In this document: positions 8,190 to 16,430 of the stretch, one piece after another
Numbering within the stretch: the stretch's first letter is position 1
Layout: every line of letters starts with the position of its first letter
Assembly (NCBI GenBank): GCA_964647565.1
Contig: CAZYIM010000019.1
Location: forward strand, 31,155 to 51,522
Direction: 5' to 3'
Length of the DNA: 20,368 nt
Source: an uncultured Methanosarcinales archaeon
GTDB taxonomy: Archaea > Nanobdellota > Nanobdellia > Woesearchaeales > CAZYIM01
Position numbers and translations under genes: made by a program
The notes under the pieces: model-generated
Told to the model about the DNA's origin: nothing
Database searches by the model: none
Seen by the model: the letters and a program-made list of their open reading frames with translations, nothing else

Positions 8190-8293
8190 AGAGTACCCTT
8201 ACGTCAAACCACACCCACTTCATAATAGGCCATTTAAGCTAACACAGATTATGCTCAATTTTTCTGGGCAAAAGAATAGGAAGAACAAAAAAA

Positions 8294-8333
8294 TTACCAC
8301 CATTTAATAGTAAAAAACCGAAAGATTTAAATA
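8294..8333 (+). promoter_or_regulatory. Operator-like motif copy c plus BRE-TATA
   Basis: TTACCA-CCATTTAA-TAGTAA-AAAACCGAAAGATTTAAATA. 8307-8333 matches 8917-8943 at 26/27. Confidence 0.7.
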
Positions 8334-8355
8334 TGGGCAACACCTATAAATAGCT

Positions 8356-8850
8356 ATGGATTACAAGCATTTAACAGCTGAACGTAAAGAACTTATAGAT
8401 AAAAGAGTAGGCATTCTAATAGAAAAATACACTAAAGATTCATCCATAAATTGGGAGCAGATTGCTGTAGACAACTCAATTATTTATCTGCAAGATAACC
8501 GTTTTTTAGTGGGTATTGCAGGAAGGACTTCTGGCGGAAATTATGTTGTCGGAGTTGAAAACAATGCAAACACAAAGGACGGACGGCTAACAAGAGGCCA
8601 CGAATTTTGCCACCAACTTCTAGGCCACACAAGATCTGACATCGAAGACCCGGCACAGGAGGATGAAGCAAATTATTTTGCAGAACAAATAACAGGAACG
8701 AGTAACACAGGTTGTTCAAGTTGGATTAATGCTTTCACAATAGTTTGTAAGCATCCAAAAAGAGCGTATATTTCTGCATTCGGCACCTCTGAAGAATTCA
8801 AAAAGTACAATAATAAAATATTGGAGACTTTAGTACCTGACCTGGATTAA
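8356..8850 (+). CDS. ImmA/IrrE-family (DUF955-like) metallopeptidase
   Basis: RLTRGHEFCHQLLGH (HExxH) followed by EDEANYFA. Confidence 0.85.
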   Translation: MDYKHLTAERKELIDKRVGILIEKYTKDSSINWEQIAVDNSIIYLQDNRFLVGIAGRTSGGNYVVGVENNANTKDGRLTRGHEFCHQLLGHTRSDIEDPAQEDEANYFAEQITGTSNTGCSSWINAFTIVCKHPKRAYISAFGTSEEFKKYNNKILETLVPDLD

Positions 8851-8903
8851 GTAAGAAAGCAAGCAGTTAGTTCTAACCTTTAATTCCTCCTTTAATCATT
8901 TTT

Positions 8904-8943
8904 TTACTACTACCCCATAGTAAAAAATCGAAAGATTTAAATA
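8904..8943 (+). promoter_or_regulatory. Operator-like motif copy d plus BRE-TATA
   Basis: TTACTA-CTACCCCA-TAGTAA-AAAATCGAAAGATTTAAATA. The arms extend to a perfect 10-bp IR. Confidence 0.7.
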
Positions 8944-8966
8944 CTAATTCACTAATATAATCAAAG

Positions 8967-9512
8967 GTGAGAAATTTGAGCACAAACATAACAAAGAAAA
9001 CACTGGAATTCCTAGCTGATGAATCTGAAAACCTCAAGCAATGTGAAGTATATCCTGATAGTAAAAAAGATTTTATATTCTCAGAATATGAAAACACCCC
9101 TGTTGATTTCAACATATATGTCGGTGACAAGTTCAATATCCTTTCTGAAGAAGAAAATCCCGAGGGTGTAAGAATAATCGATAATATATTCAAGCTGTAT
9201 ACTGAATGTGAATATAGCGAAGACCAAAGAATGCAAACAGTAGTTTTCAAGCAGATGAAGAATAAGGCAAAAAGAACCCCTAATAACTTATTTTGGGATG
9301 CACCAAACTGGAGACTGAGTGCCAGTCCACATAGGGATGATAATTCTGATATAGAAGGTTTCACAATATCCCTTTTCCATAATTACGAGGGATATCCAAC
9401 AAAAAAAACCATAGATGGTGCAGGTCATCAGTTAAAATACAGGCAGCTCATTAATAAGATCGAAAAATACTTAATTCAGTCTAATGTCGAGTATTCTATT
9501 CAAACAAACTAA
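8967..9512 (+). CDS. Hypothetical protein
   Basis: 181-aa ORF, GTG start about 24 nt after the TATA. Confidence 0.75.
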   Translation: MRNLSTNITKKTLEFLADESENLKQCEVYPDSKKDFIFSEYENTPVDFNIYVGDKFNILSEEENPEGVRIIDNIFKLYTECEYSEDQRMQTVVFKQMKNKAKRTPNNLFWDAPNWRLSASPHRDDNSDIEGFTISLFHNYEGYPTKKTIDGAGHQLKYRQLINKIEKYLIQSNVEYSIQTN

Positions 9513-9648
9513 TTTTGACAGACTGAAAAAGAGAAATACACAATAAACCGTTTTACTCTCAAGATAAGCTATTTTTGTACTGTTTTATCTGTTCTTTACG
9601 CTGCTTATCCCTGGTTTTAGCAGACTTGATTTCAAGGTCGTTGAATAG

Positions 9649-9915
9649 TTAATTAACCAGGTGATCAAATTTGGGTCTTAGGTTTGATCTACATTTGATC
9701 TCAGAATCAGGTTGAAGACCATATTTTTTCATAAGCTTGTCATACTTCTTCGTATATTTGTCAACATATGTATTTATTGTTTCCGGACTAAGTGTTTTTT
9801 TTCGTTTTTGTATAGGCTGAGATTCATGTATAGTTGTAATATATTCCAAAACCTCTCCAGCAGTATAACTCTCGCCAAATAGCTGGATCCTGACTTCGAA
9901 ATCTATGTGATCCAT
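9649..9915 (-). CDS. Small hypothetical protein
   Basis: 88-aa ORF with minus-strand TTTATATA about 25 nt upstream of the ATG. Confidence 0.65.
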   Translation of the reverse strand: MDHIDFEVRIQLFGESYTAGEVLEYITTIHESQPIQKRKKTLSPETINTYVDKYTKKYDKLMKKYGLQPDSEIKCRSNLRPKFDHLVN

Positions 9916-10024
9916 ACTATAAAAAAGATCACAGAGTTGTATATAAAATTTCCGTTAGTATCGGCACCATTTAAAGAATACAAGTAGTTAGTTCACTTTT
10001 TACTAAGCGCACTTTAACTTTTTT

Positions 10025-10322
10025 TCAGTCTTTGTTAGCAAATTCTTTTTTTATGATTTTTTCAACACCATAACTCCTTTTTAGATTATCAATCAAATCA
10101 ATATAGTCATCGGAGACTGAATAGAAAACCTTATTGTCAGTTGTCAGGGAAATGCTTGAATCCACAATCCCAGGAACACCCCCTTTTTGATTGAGAAAAA
10201 TCTTTACAATGGTTCTGCCACCTTCCTGAAGAAACTGATAGCTGCAACCCACTAATTGTTTTTTTGAATAATTCGTAAAAAGGCGCCAATATTTCTTTTG
10301 TTCATCTACAAAGCGGCTTCAT
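10025..10322 (-). CDS. Small hypothetical protein, copy 2 (same out-of-frame start as copy 1; the in-frame GTG at 10252 gives 75 aa)
   Basis: Paralog of 4915-5212 with the stop at the equivalent position. Confidence 0.6.
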
Positions 10323-10364
10323 GCAAGAAAGAAATGAACAAAATTATAAAAATGTTTTAGTTTA
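10048..10364. repeat. Direct repeat copy 2
   Basis: Matches 4938-5254 at offset 5110. Confidence 0.97.
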
Positions 10365-10374
10365 GCTTTGTAAA

Positions 10375-12039
10375 TTAGTTCTTAGTCATCAAATCTATGA
10401 CCAATCCATACATATCTGATGGTTTTTCAATATAGATGACTTCTTTTCCACATTTCTCAAGATCCTTGGCTGTTCCTGAGCGGCCAGTGGAAAGGAATGC
10501 AAAATAATGGGGTTCGATCAGATTCAGAAAACTGTCACGTATTTTCTTCCAGTTAAATATCCCACCATCAGAGACCAGGATCACTGAACAAGGAGATCTT
10601 GTCAGCTGCTTTTTAAGAACAGCCATATCAAGTACAGTATTCCAACCGCAGTACTCGTCAAGGGTAGTTTTTCTAATATCCAGAAGGTTTTCATATCCAA
10701 CCCAACCACTTGATTTAGTCCGATCTGAAAAACGGGTAAGATTCCAGGATACTGCTGGTGCCAGATTCATTTTCTTAGCATGATTGATAAGTCCGTAAAG
10801 AGCCAGTGCAGCATAGTGATAGTTGCAGTCTTCGCCCCAGGGCAAAGCGGGATTTTCCTTGCCAGAAAACATAGATCCTGAATCATCAAGTATCATAGCC
10901 ACATCTGTAAAACCAGGCATCTTCTTGTTATAAGCAATAGGTATGCCGTCATGGAAACGCCTATTTGCAAATGTTAAAGGCCCTATTGCCAGAGGCGAGT
11001 CCTTATCAAAGAAAACCCTGGACAAATCTATCTTATGAATATCATGCGTTGTAAAGTCAAACGGTTCAGGTCCATAATTCACAAGGGGAAACGACATAGA
11101 TGCCTTGTCAGAATATGACTTGACAGCAATATCACTTGCCAACTCCTGATAGAGTGCGTCCAGAAAATCTATCCTGCTGACACTTGCCGGAGGTCCCTGA
11201 CCTTTTTCAAACCTGTCCTTAGCCATCTTGCCAAGATCGCTTGAAGGCCCTCTTGAGATCACAAACGAAAGCTTTGGCAGTTTCACATCTTTGTGGTATT
11301 TTAGGGCTTCCTTGGTAAAAAGATAAGCATTCTTTTTCCAGGATCGTGGATTGGAGAGTCTCTTAGCGTTGCTTTTAAGATCCTTCAACCCAATCTCATT
11401 TGAAAGTTTCTTAACACTGATCCTGGTCTTCATAAAGGGTTTTACAAGCTTGTAATCTATATCTGTACCCCAGCTCTTCATATTCATCTTCACAAAGAAC
11501 TCAAAAAGTTTTGGATACTCACCTTTAGCCCCCTGGTCATAGAAAAAAAGAGTCTGGCCAGAATAGGGAGTACATAGATATTTGTTAGATGTGTTCAATA
11601 CAAAATCTGAGAACATGTTTCTAAAATAACCTGCAAGACTCTGGCCAGTAAAAACCGGCTTTAAGGGATCTTTCCCAGCTTCCGTAATAGCCTTAGCAGT
11701 TGCTTCTTCAATCATGAATCTGTAATCACTATTACAAGAGCAACCCATGTTTTCACTCCAGTGTCTGCATTCATGCCTTAATGTATCGCTTAATATTATC
11801 TCAAGAGCAGCATCAGGATCCTGCCCATTGGCTATAAGAAAATTCCGGATCTTCTTGTCTTTATGAGGTTTCCATTTCTTATCAATCTGAAAATCAACAT
11901 CCCATATCTCAGTATCAATGCATGCCATCAGATGGCCGTAGCCAGTCATGTCAAGATGGCTCATCGAGAGCTTGCCACCTATCAAACCGAATTCATTGTT
12001 CTTGATATCCTGCAATCTGGCTAATAAGTCCATTTTCAC
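10375..12039 (-). CDS. vWA-domain protein with an N-terminal HExxH metallopeptidase-like domain
   Basis: LRHECRH and NMFSDFVLN at the N-terminus. MIDAS ILDDSGSM ... NTVLD ... VSDG at the C-terminus. Start overlaps the MoxR stop (GTGA); ATG 12033 is an alternative. Confidence 0.88.
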   Translation of the reverse strand: MKMDLLARLQDIKNNEFGLIGGKLSMSHLDMTGYGHLMACIDTEIWDVDFQIDKKWKPHKDKKIRNFLIANGQDPDAALEIILSDTLRHECRHWSENMGCSCNSDYRFMIEEATAKAITEAGKDPLKPVFTGQSLAGYFRNMFSDFVLNTSNKYLCTPYSGQTLFFYDQGAKGEYPKLFEFFVKMNMKSWGTDIDYKLVKPFMKTRISVKKLSNEIGLKDLKSNAKRLSNPRSWKKNAYLFTKEALKYHKDVKLPKLSFVISRGPSSDLGKMAKDRFEKGQGPPASVSRIDFLDALYQELASDIAVKSYSDKASMSFPLVNYGPEPFDFTTHDIHKIDLSRVFFDKDSPLAIGPLTFANRRFHDGIPIAYNKKMPGFTDVAMILDDSGSMFSGKENPALPWGEDCNYHYAALALYGLINHAKKMNLAPAVSWNLTRFSDRTKSSGWVGYENLLDIRKTTLDEYCGWNTVLDMAVLKKQLTRSPCSVILVSDGGIFNWKKIRDSFLNLIEPHYFAFLSTGRSGTAKDLEKCGKEVIYIEKPSDMYGLVIDLMTKN

Positions 12040-13298
12040 AAGAACATCGAGATCACTCCGCCAACATCTGTCTTGTTCTTCTTGTAAAGAGAGCCATTCT
12101 CAGAGGCGTAAGTGTTGATATGATCCAGGATTCTGCCATAGAATGCCCAGTGATCCTTAAATGAGTCAAGAGTCTTCTTCCTAAGATGACCTTTCATGGA
12201 CTCCTCAAGGCCTGTCACAAGACCATCCTTCTTAGCCATTATGTCTCCCAGAAATTGGGATTTTAGGGTCTGCGCAGCCAACAGTTCATTTGAGTTATGG
12301 TTCTTGACAACCCACTGGGTGTTAAGCAAGCCAGAATAAGGGATGGTAAACATGGCAGCTTCCATCACATCATTATAATTCACATTCTTCTCTTCCCCTG
12401 TCTTGGCGTCTGTAATTGCCCTAAAAGCAGCAGCAAGAGACTTGGTGGCTGTTATTACTCTTGGAGGTGAAGGCGAGATATAGCCACAAGCCTTACCAAG
12501 TCTGTTGCAACCGTGGCATTTGCTAGGAATTGACTTGATCACTGTAAGCTTAGATTTATTATCTGATCTTTGGCAGTAGTCAAGAGCTTCCATGATGTAT
12601 AGCAATGCAACATACCCGTCAAGATCAAACTGCTTTGATTTCAACAATCCATTAATTTCCTGGATCTTGTCAGATAGGTCTTTTTTGGAATGATCTTTTG
12701 GACGCGGATTAAAGGCGTCTTTTACAATACTTAAGTTATCCAGGGTCTTTGTCGGGTAGTTGTTCATGTCCAGGGTCAGATGGAATCGTTCTTTTAGAGC
12801 GTCATCCATTGCAAACGTGCCGTTATAGTTGGTGCCTATGTTTGCAGTTGCAAGCACAACATGGAATCCCTTTCCCAAGATCACCTTCCTGCCCTTGAAA
12901 TTGATATAACCATCACATACATTGAAGATCTCGTTTTGCACAAGCGCAGGCGCCCTGTTTATCTCGTCAACCTCAGTCATCAAATTGTCAATGTGGCCAT
13001 TCAAAGTCATCTCCATGGATTCAAGCTTAAAATCCTCATACAGATCCTTGATCCTCAGGTCAGGATGAGCCCTGATCGCTGTTCCCTGGCTATTGAAGAA
13101 CTGGTTGTTTACACTTCTCATCAGCTGGGTCTTGCCCCTACCCTTCTCTCCAAGTAAAAGCACATTTAGGTTTGAGATAAGGCCTGCCTTGATGACATCC
13201 TCAACAAGAAGAGAAACATCAAGATTGACAACAGATGTTGTGTTGATGTAGCCTTCAACACCTGGCAGTGTTTTTATCAAGGTGGTCAGCTTACTCAT
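12036..13298 (-). CDS. MoxR-family AAA+ ATPase
   Basis: Walker A GEKGRGKT, Walker B VDEINRA, sensor ATAN, Arg finger DALKERF. ATGA overlap with the upstream gene. Confidence 0.93.
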   Translation of the reverse strand: MSKLTTLIKTLPGVEGYINTTSVVNLDVSLLVEDVIKAGLISNLNVLLLGEKGRGKTQLMRSVNNQFFNSQGTAIRAHPDLRIKDLYEDFKLESMEMTLNGHIDNLMTEVDEINRAPALVQNEIFNVCDGYINFKGRKVILGKGFHVVLATANIGTNYNGTFAMDDALKERFHLTLDMNNYPTKTLDNLSIVKDAFNPRPKDHSKKDLSDKIQEINGLLKSKQFDLDGYVALLYIMEALDYCQRSDNKSKLTVIKSIPSKCHGCNRLGKACGYISPSPPRVITATKSLAAAFRAITDAKTGEEKNVNYNDVMEAAMFTIPYSGLLNTQWVVKNHNSNELLAAQTLKSQFLGDIMAKKDGLVTGLEESMKGHLRKKTLDSFKDHWAFYGRILDHINTYASENGSLYKKNKTDVGGVISMFL

Positions 13299-14344
13299 TT
13301 GAATGCCTCCTTGTAGAGGTTTCTTGCGTATTTGCCAACCTCTCCTTTCAGGCCTTGCAGCTCAGCCATCTTCATGTTTAAATCCTGAACAGATTCAGAT
13401 AATTTTATAGGTGTTTGCGAATGTTCAGGTATGTTCTTCTTGAGTCTCTTAACAGAATTTGCCAGATTGCTTGCTAGATTATGCGCTGAATTTAATTCAT
13501 TATATGCTATCCTGAGTTTTTCAAGTTCTGTGTTGAAAGGGAATCTCCCAGACGGATAAATAGTCACGTCTTCAGGTGTCTTGTTCAGGAAATCAACTAT
13601 TTCCTGGTGGTATTTCTTGTTGGGAAATGAACCTTTACCCTTGAGCCAGAATATTTTTTCACCCTTGAGGTCAAAAGCAGAGCTATCTTCAATGGTTTTT
13701 GTCTGGATAAGCAGCGGTTTATCAATCTCATATATTTCAGGATCAAAATATCTATAGAGAATGTGGCGGTTTGCTTGTTGCTTTATCTTTTTTTCTAACA
13801 TCTTATCCTCAGCATCAACAACTTTCCGTTGATATAGAAGCCAAAGGTCTTGATCTGAAAAACTAATATTGGCTCGATACTCTCGATACCATCCATCAAC
13901 AGTGCAACCACCCTCTCTGGTTTCAAAAAATGGCATCAGATTCTTATATTCAAAATCCAGATTAGAAAAATCATCTGTCTGCACTTGTTTCAACTCTGTG
14001 AACTCCTGGATCCGATCAACAGCCAGATCTGCATTCTTATCAAGCAGGGATCTTAATGACTTAAGGTCCTGCATCATGCTCTTGACAACAGGAAAGCCTG
14101 AAGCCGCCATATATACTGTCTCTTTTTGCGATAGGGTCTCATCCATGAAAAACTTGACATGTTTTAGGAGATTATGCAAATAACTAACGCCAAACTCATC
14201 TATGGTCTGCATGAGTCTGCCCATATAATCATCGATCTTTCCTGCTGGGATGCCAATAAGATTCTTACCTCTTTTCCGCGACACCGCAGTAGGCTTTATA
14301 TCGAATGTTTTTTCCTTAATTGTCTCTCCAAAATATTGTGTCAT
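13295..14344 (-). CDS. Hypothetical protein, paralog B of the MoxR-operon leader genes
   Basis: 349 aa, GGAGGTGA SD. Shares FGE.I.E, IKPT, SGFP, RY.DP.IY, ELEKLR.AY and AR.LYKE with 14421-15431. Confidence 0.9.
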   Translation of the reverse strand: MTQYFGETIKEKTFDIKPTAVSRKRGKNLIGIPAGKIDDYMGRLMQTIDEFGVSYLHNLLKHVKFFMDETLSQKETVYMAASGFPVVKSMMQDLKSLRSLLDKNADLAVDRIQEFTELKQVQTDDFSNLDFEYKNLMPFFETREGGCTVDGWYREYRANISFSDQDLWLLYQRKVVDAEDKMLEKKIKQQANRHILYRYFDPEIYEIDKPLLIQTKTIEDSSAFDLKGEKIFWLKGKGSFPNKKYHQEIVDFLNKTPEDVTIYPSGRFPFNTELEKLRIAYNELNSAHNLASNLANSVKRLKKNIPEHSQTPIKLSESVQDLNMKMAELQGLKGEVGKYARNLYKEAFK

Positions 14345-14352
14345 ACTGAATC

Positions 14353-14400
14353 ACCTCCAAGTATACGAGGAGGTTCCAGCAGTTTACTGCTCAGAACCTC
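14353..14400 (-). promoter_or_regulatory. Intergenic alternative hairpins overlapping the SD of paralog B
   Basis: GAGGTTC/GAACCTC plus AGCAGT/ACTGCT stem, versus an ACCTCC/GGAGGT stem. Confidence 0.5.
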
Positions 14401-14420
14401 TTTATTAAATATTCAAAATG

Positions 14421-15431
14421 TTACAAGTTAACAGTCTCCTTGTAGAGCTTTCTTGCAAGATCTCCCATCGGGCCTTTTAGTTTCTGCAATTCTTCAATGG
14501 ACTCGTTGATATCTTGTATTGTTTCAGAAATCTTGCTCTGGTTTGTGCTATAGTCCATTATGCTTGCTCTTGTAGAATTTACTTTTCCAACCAAATCATA
14601 TGCAAATCTAAGTTTCTCTAATTCTGCCTTGATAGGAATTGGCCAGTTTTGTTTATTTACAGATTCAGTTGCAGTCTGGGAAATATATTCCGCTATTGCT
14701 TTTGCAAACATCGGATCACGTTTTTTATTATGATGATGAATAAAGAAAAAACGATTCCCCCAAAAGGACATATTAAAATTATCTTTAGGATCATCTGTTA
14801 AGATCACTAATGATTCTTCCAGGTCATAAATCATCGGATCAAGATATCTGATGAATGTCGTGGTTTCCTCATTTTGGCGTTCTTTTAATTTATTCTTAGA
14901 TTTTGCAGTAAGAATTTTCTTTTCAGATGTAAACCATTCTTTTTTGTTAGCGAATATATTTCGATATGTAAATTCCACTTCTGATTGATTTTTTTCTTCA
15001 TTTACTCTTGCTAAACGTTCAAGACTTTCTCTCTTAGGATCCAGCATGTCAGGGTATTGGCTATCTACAATCTGAAGGTCTATCCAGCTCTTGGTCCTTT
15101 CAAAACAATCACTTTTGCGGTTATCCTGTATAGACATCATCGACTCTATATCCCTAAGCATGTTTGAGGCTGGCGGAAAGCCTGATGGAGTAATGTAAAG
15201 CCCTGTGTCTTTGGCTCTTGTGTGCTTGAAATAAGATATGAAAAAACCGAGCAGTGAATCAACTATTCCGGGCGAGTCTGATCCTCTAAGCGTTGAATAC
15301 ATCTTTTCGAGATATGATTCTGCATTTTTAGGCTCTATTAGTATCAGGTCTTTGCCTGTTTTTTTTAATGCTGAAGTCGGCTTGATATTTGTTTTTCTTT
15401 CTTCTATTTTTTCTCCGAATAAGGTAGTCAT
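14421..15431 (-). CDS. Hypothetical protein, paralog A, first gene of the MoxR/vWA operon
   Basis: 336 aa, GAGGTGA SD, TATA at 15467-15474. Confidence 0.9.
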   Translation of the reverse strand: MTTLFGEKIEERKTNIKPTSALKKTGKDLILIEPKNAESYLEKMYSTLRGSDSPGIVDSLLGFFISYFKHTRAKDTGLYITPSGFPPASNMLRDIESMMSIQDNRKSDCFERTKSWIDLQIVDSQYPDMLDPKRESLERLARVNEEKNQSEVEFTYRNIFANKKEWFTSEKKILTAKSKNKLKERQNEETTTFIRYLDPMIYDLEESLVILTDDPKDNFNMSFWGNRFFFIHHHNKKRDPMFAKAIAEYISQTATESVNKQNWPIPIKAELEKLRFAYDLVGKVNSTRASIMDYSTNQSKISETIQDINESIEELQKLKGPMGDLARKLYKETVNL

Positions 15432-15442
15432 AATTTGTCACC

Positions 15443-15500
15443 TCACTACTTTATAGTGGTAATTACTATATAAATTTAACCTCCCACCTAGTAGGGGGTT
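15443..15500. promoter_or_regulatory. Divergent promoter region with operator-like motif copy e and a second imperfect palindrome
   Basis: TCACTA-CTTTATAG-TGGTAA (15443-15462) and AACCTCCCAC-CTA-GTAGGGGGTT (15478-15500). Confidence 0.6.
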
Positions 15501-15540
15501 TTAGAAAGATTTTTAAAGTTATAAATAAATACAACTCTTA

Positions 15541-16311
15541 ATGATACCAAAAATACTGACACAGTTAGGTCTAAACGAGTCAGAGATCAAGGTATATTTT
15601 GCGCTCCTGGAACTCGAATCAAGCACAGTCGGGCCCATAGTTGACAAGGCCAAGATATCAGATTCAAAGATCTACAACATACTTGAAAAGCTCAAAGAAA
15701 AAGGGCTGATCAGTTTTGTTATCAAAGGTAAATACAAGCATTTCCAGGCAACAGATCCTGAAAACCTGATAAGAATACTCGAAGAAAAAGAGGAAGAGAT
15801 CAAGCAGCAAAAAGAGAAGATCCAAAAAGAGATAATTCCTATGATAGTGCAGAGAAGAAAGATGACAGAGGAAAAGCAGGAAGCCTGGGTCTTTGAAGGT
15901 ATCAATGGGATGAAAAGCGTATACCAGGCTGTCTTAAACACCATGAAAAAGGGTGAGAGTTACAGGGTGTTCCACATCATGGACGAGCCTCTTAAGAAAA
16001 AACAGATATCCCTGTTCTACAAGAACTATCATCTGCAAAGATCTGAAAAAGGTATTTTTGTGAAGTTTATTGCACACATCAAGGAGAAAAAGACTGTGCT
16101 GGAATACTTCAACCAGCCTTTCTCAGAACTAAGGTTTACTGACAGGATGTTTCCAGTCGGCCTGCTGATATTCAAGGGTTATGTCCTGACCACAGTGTGG
16201 GGTGATAATCCTACTGCCTTTTTGATAAAATCACAAAGAAACTATGAGTATTATGTGAAATATTTCGATGATTTATGGGGGACGGCAAAAAAGGGTGTGA
16301 AGAATAAATAA
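15541..16311 (+). CDS. TrmB-family transcriptional regulator
   Basis: LGLNESEIKVYFALL...SKIYNILEKLKEKGLI wHTH, FEGINGMKS, and C-terminal YFDDLW. Confidence 0.93.
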   Translation: MIPKILTQLGLNESEIKVYFALLELESSTVGPIVDKAKISDSKIYNILEKLKEKGLISFVIKGKYKHFQATDPENLIRILEEKEEEIKQQKEKIQKEIIPMIVQRRKMTEEKQEAWVFEGINGMKSVYQAVLNTMKKGESYRVFHIMDEPLKKKQISLFYKNYHLQRSEKGIFVKFIAHIKEKKTVLEYFNQPFSELRFTDRMFPVGLLIFKGYVLTTVWGDNPTAFLIKSQRNYEYYVKYFDDLWGTAKKGVKNK

Positions 16312-16430
16312 TCCGCCCTCAAATATCAAGATATCCTTGTTTAATAAAGAGTTTCTCAGAACATCCGTTTATATTCTTCGAAACAAGCGATGGATTAAAA
16401 AAAAAGCTCTACTGGCTTTCTAGAAAAATG

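Noticed and set aside
4915..10364. Diversity-generating retroelement TR/VR pair as the explanation for the direct repeat
   Set aside because: Mismatches involve all four bases and many are synonymous rather than adenine-specific, and there is no reverse transcriptase in the window.
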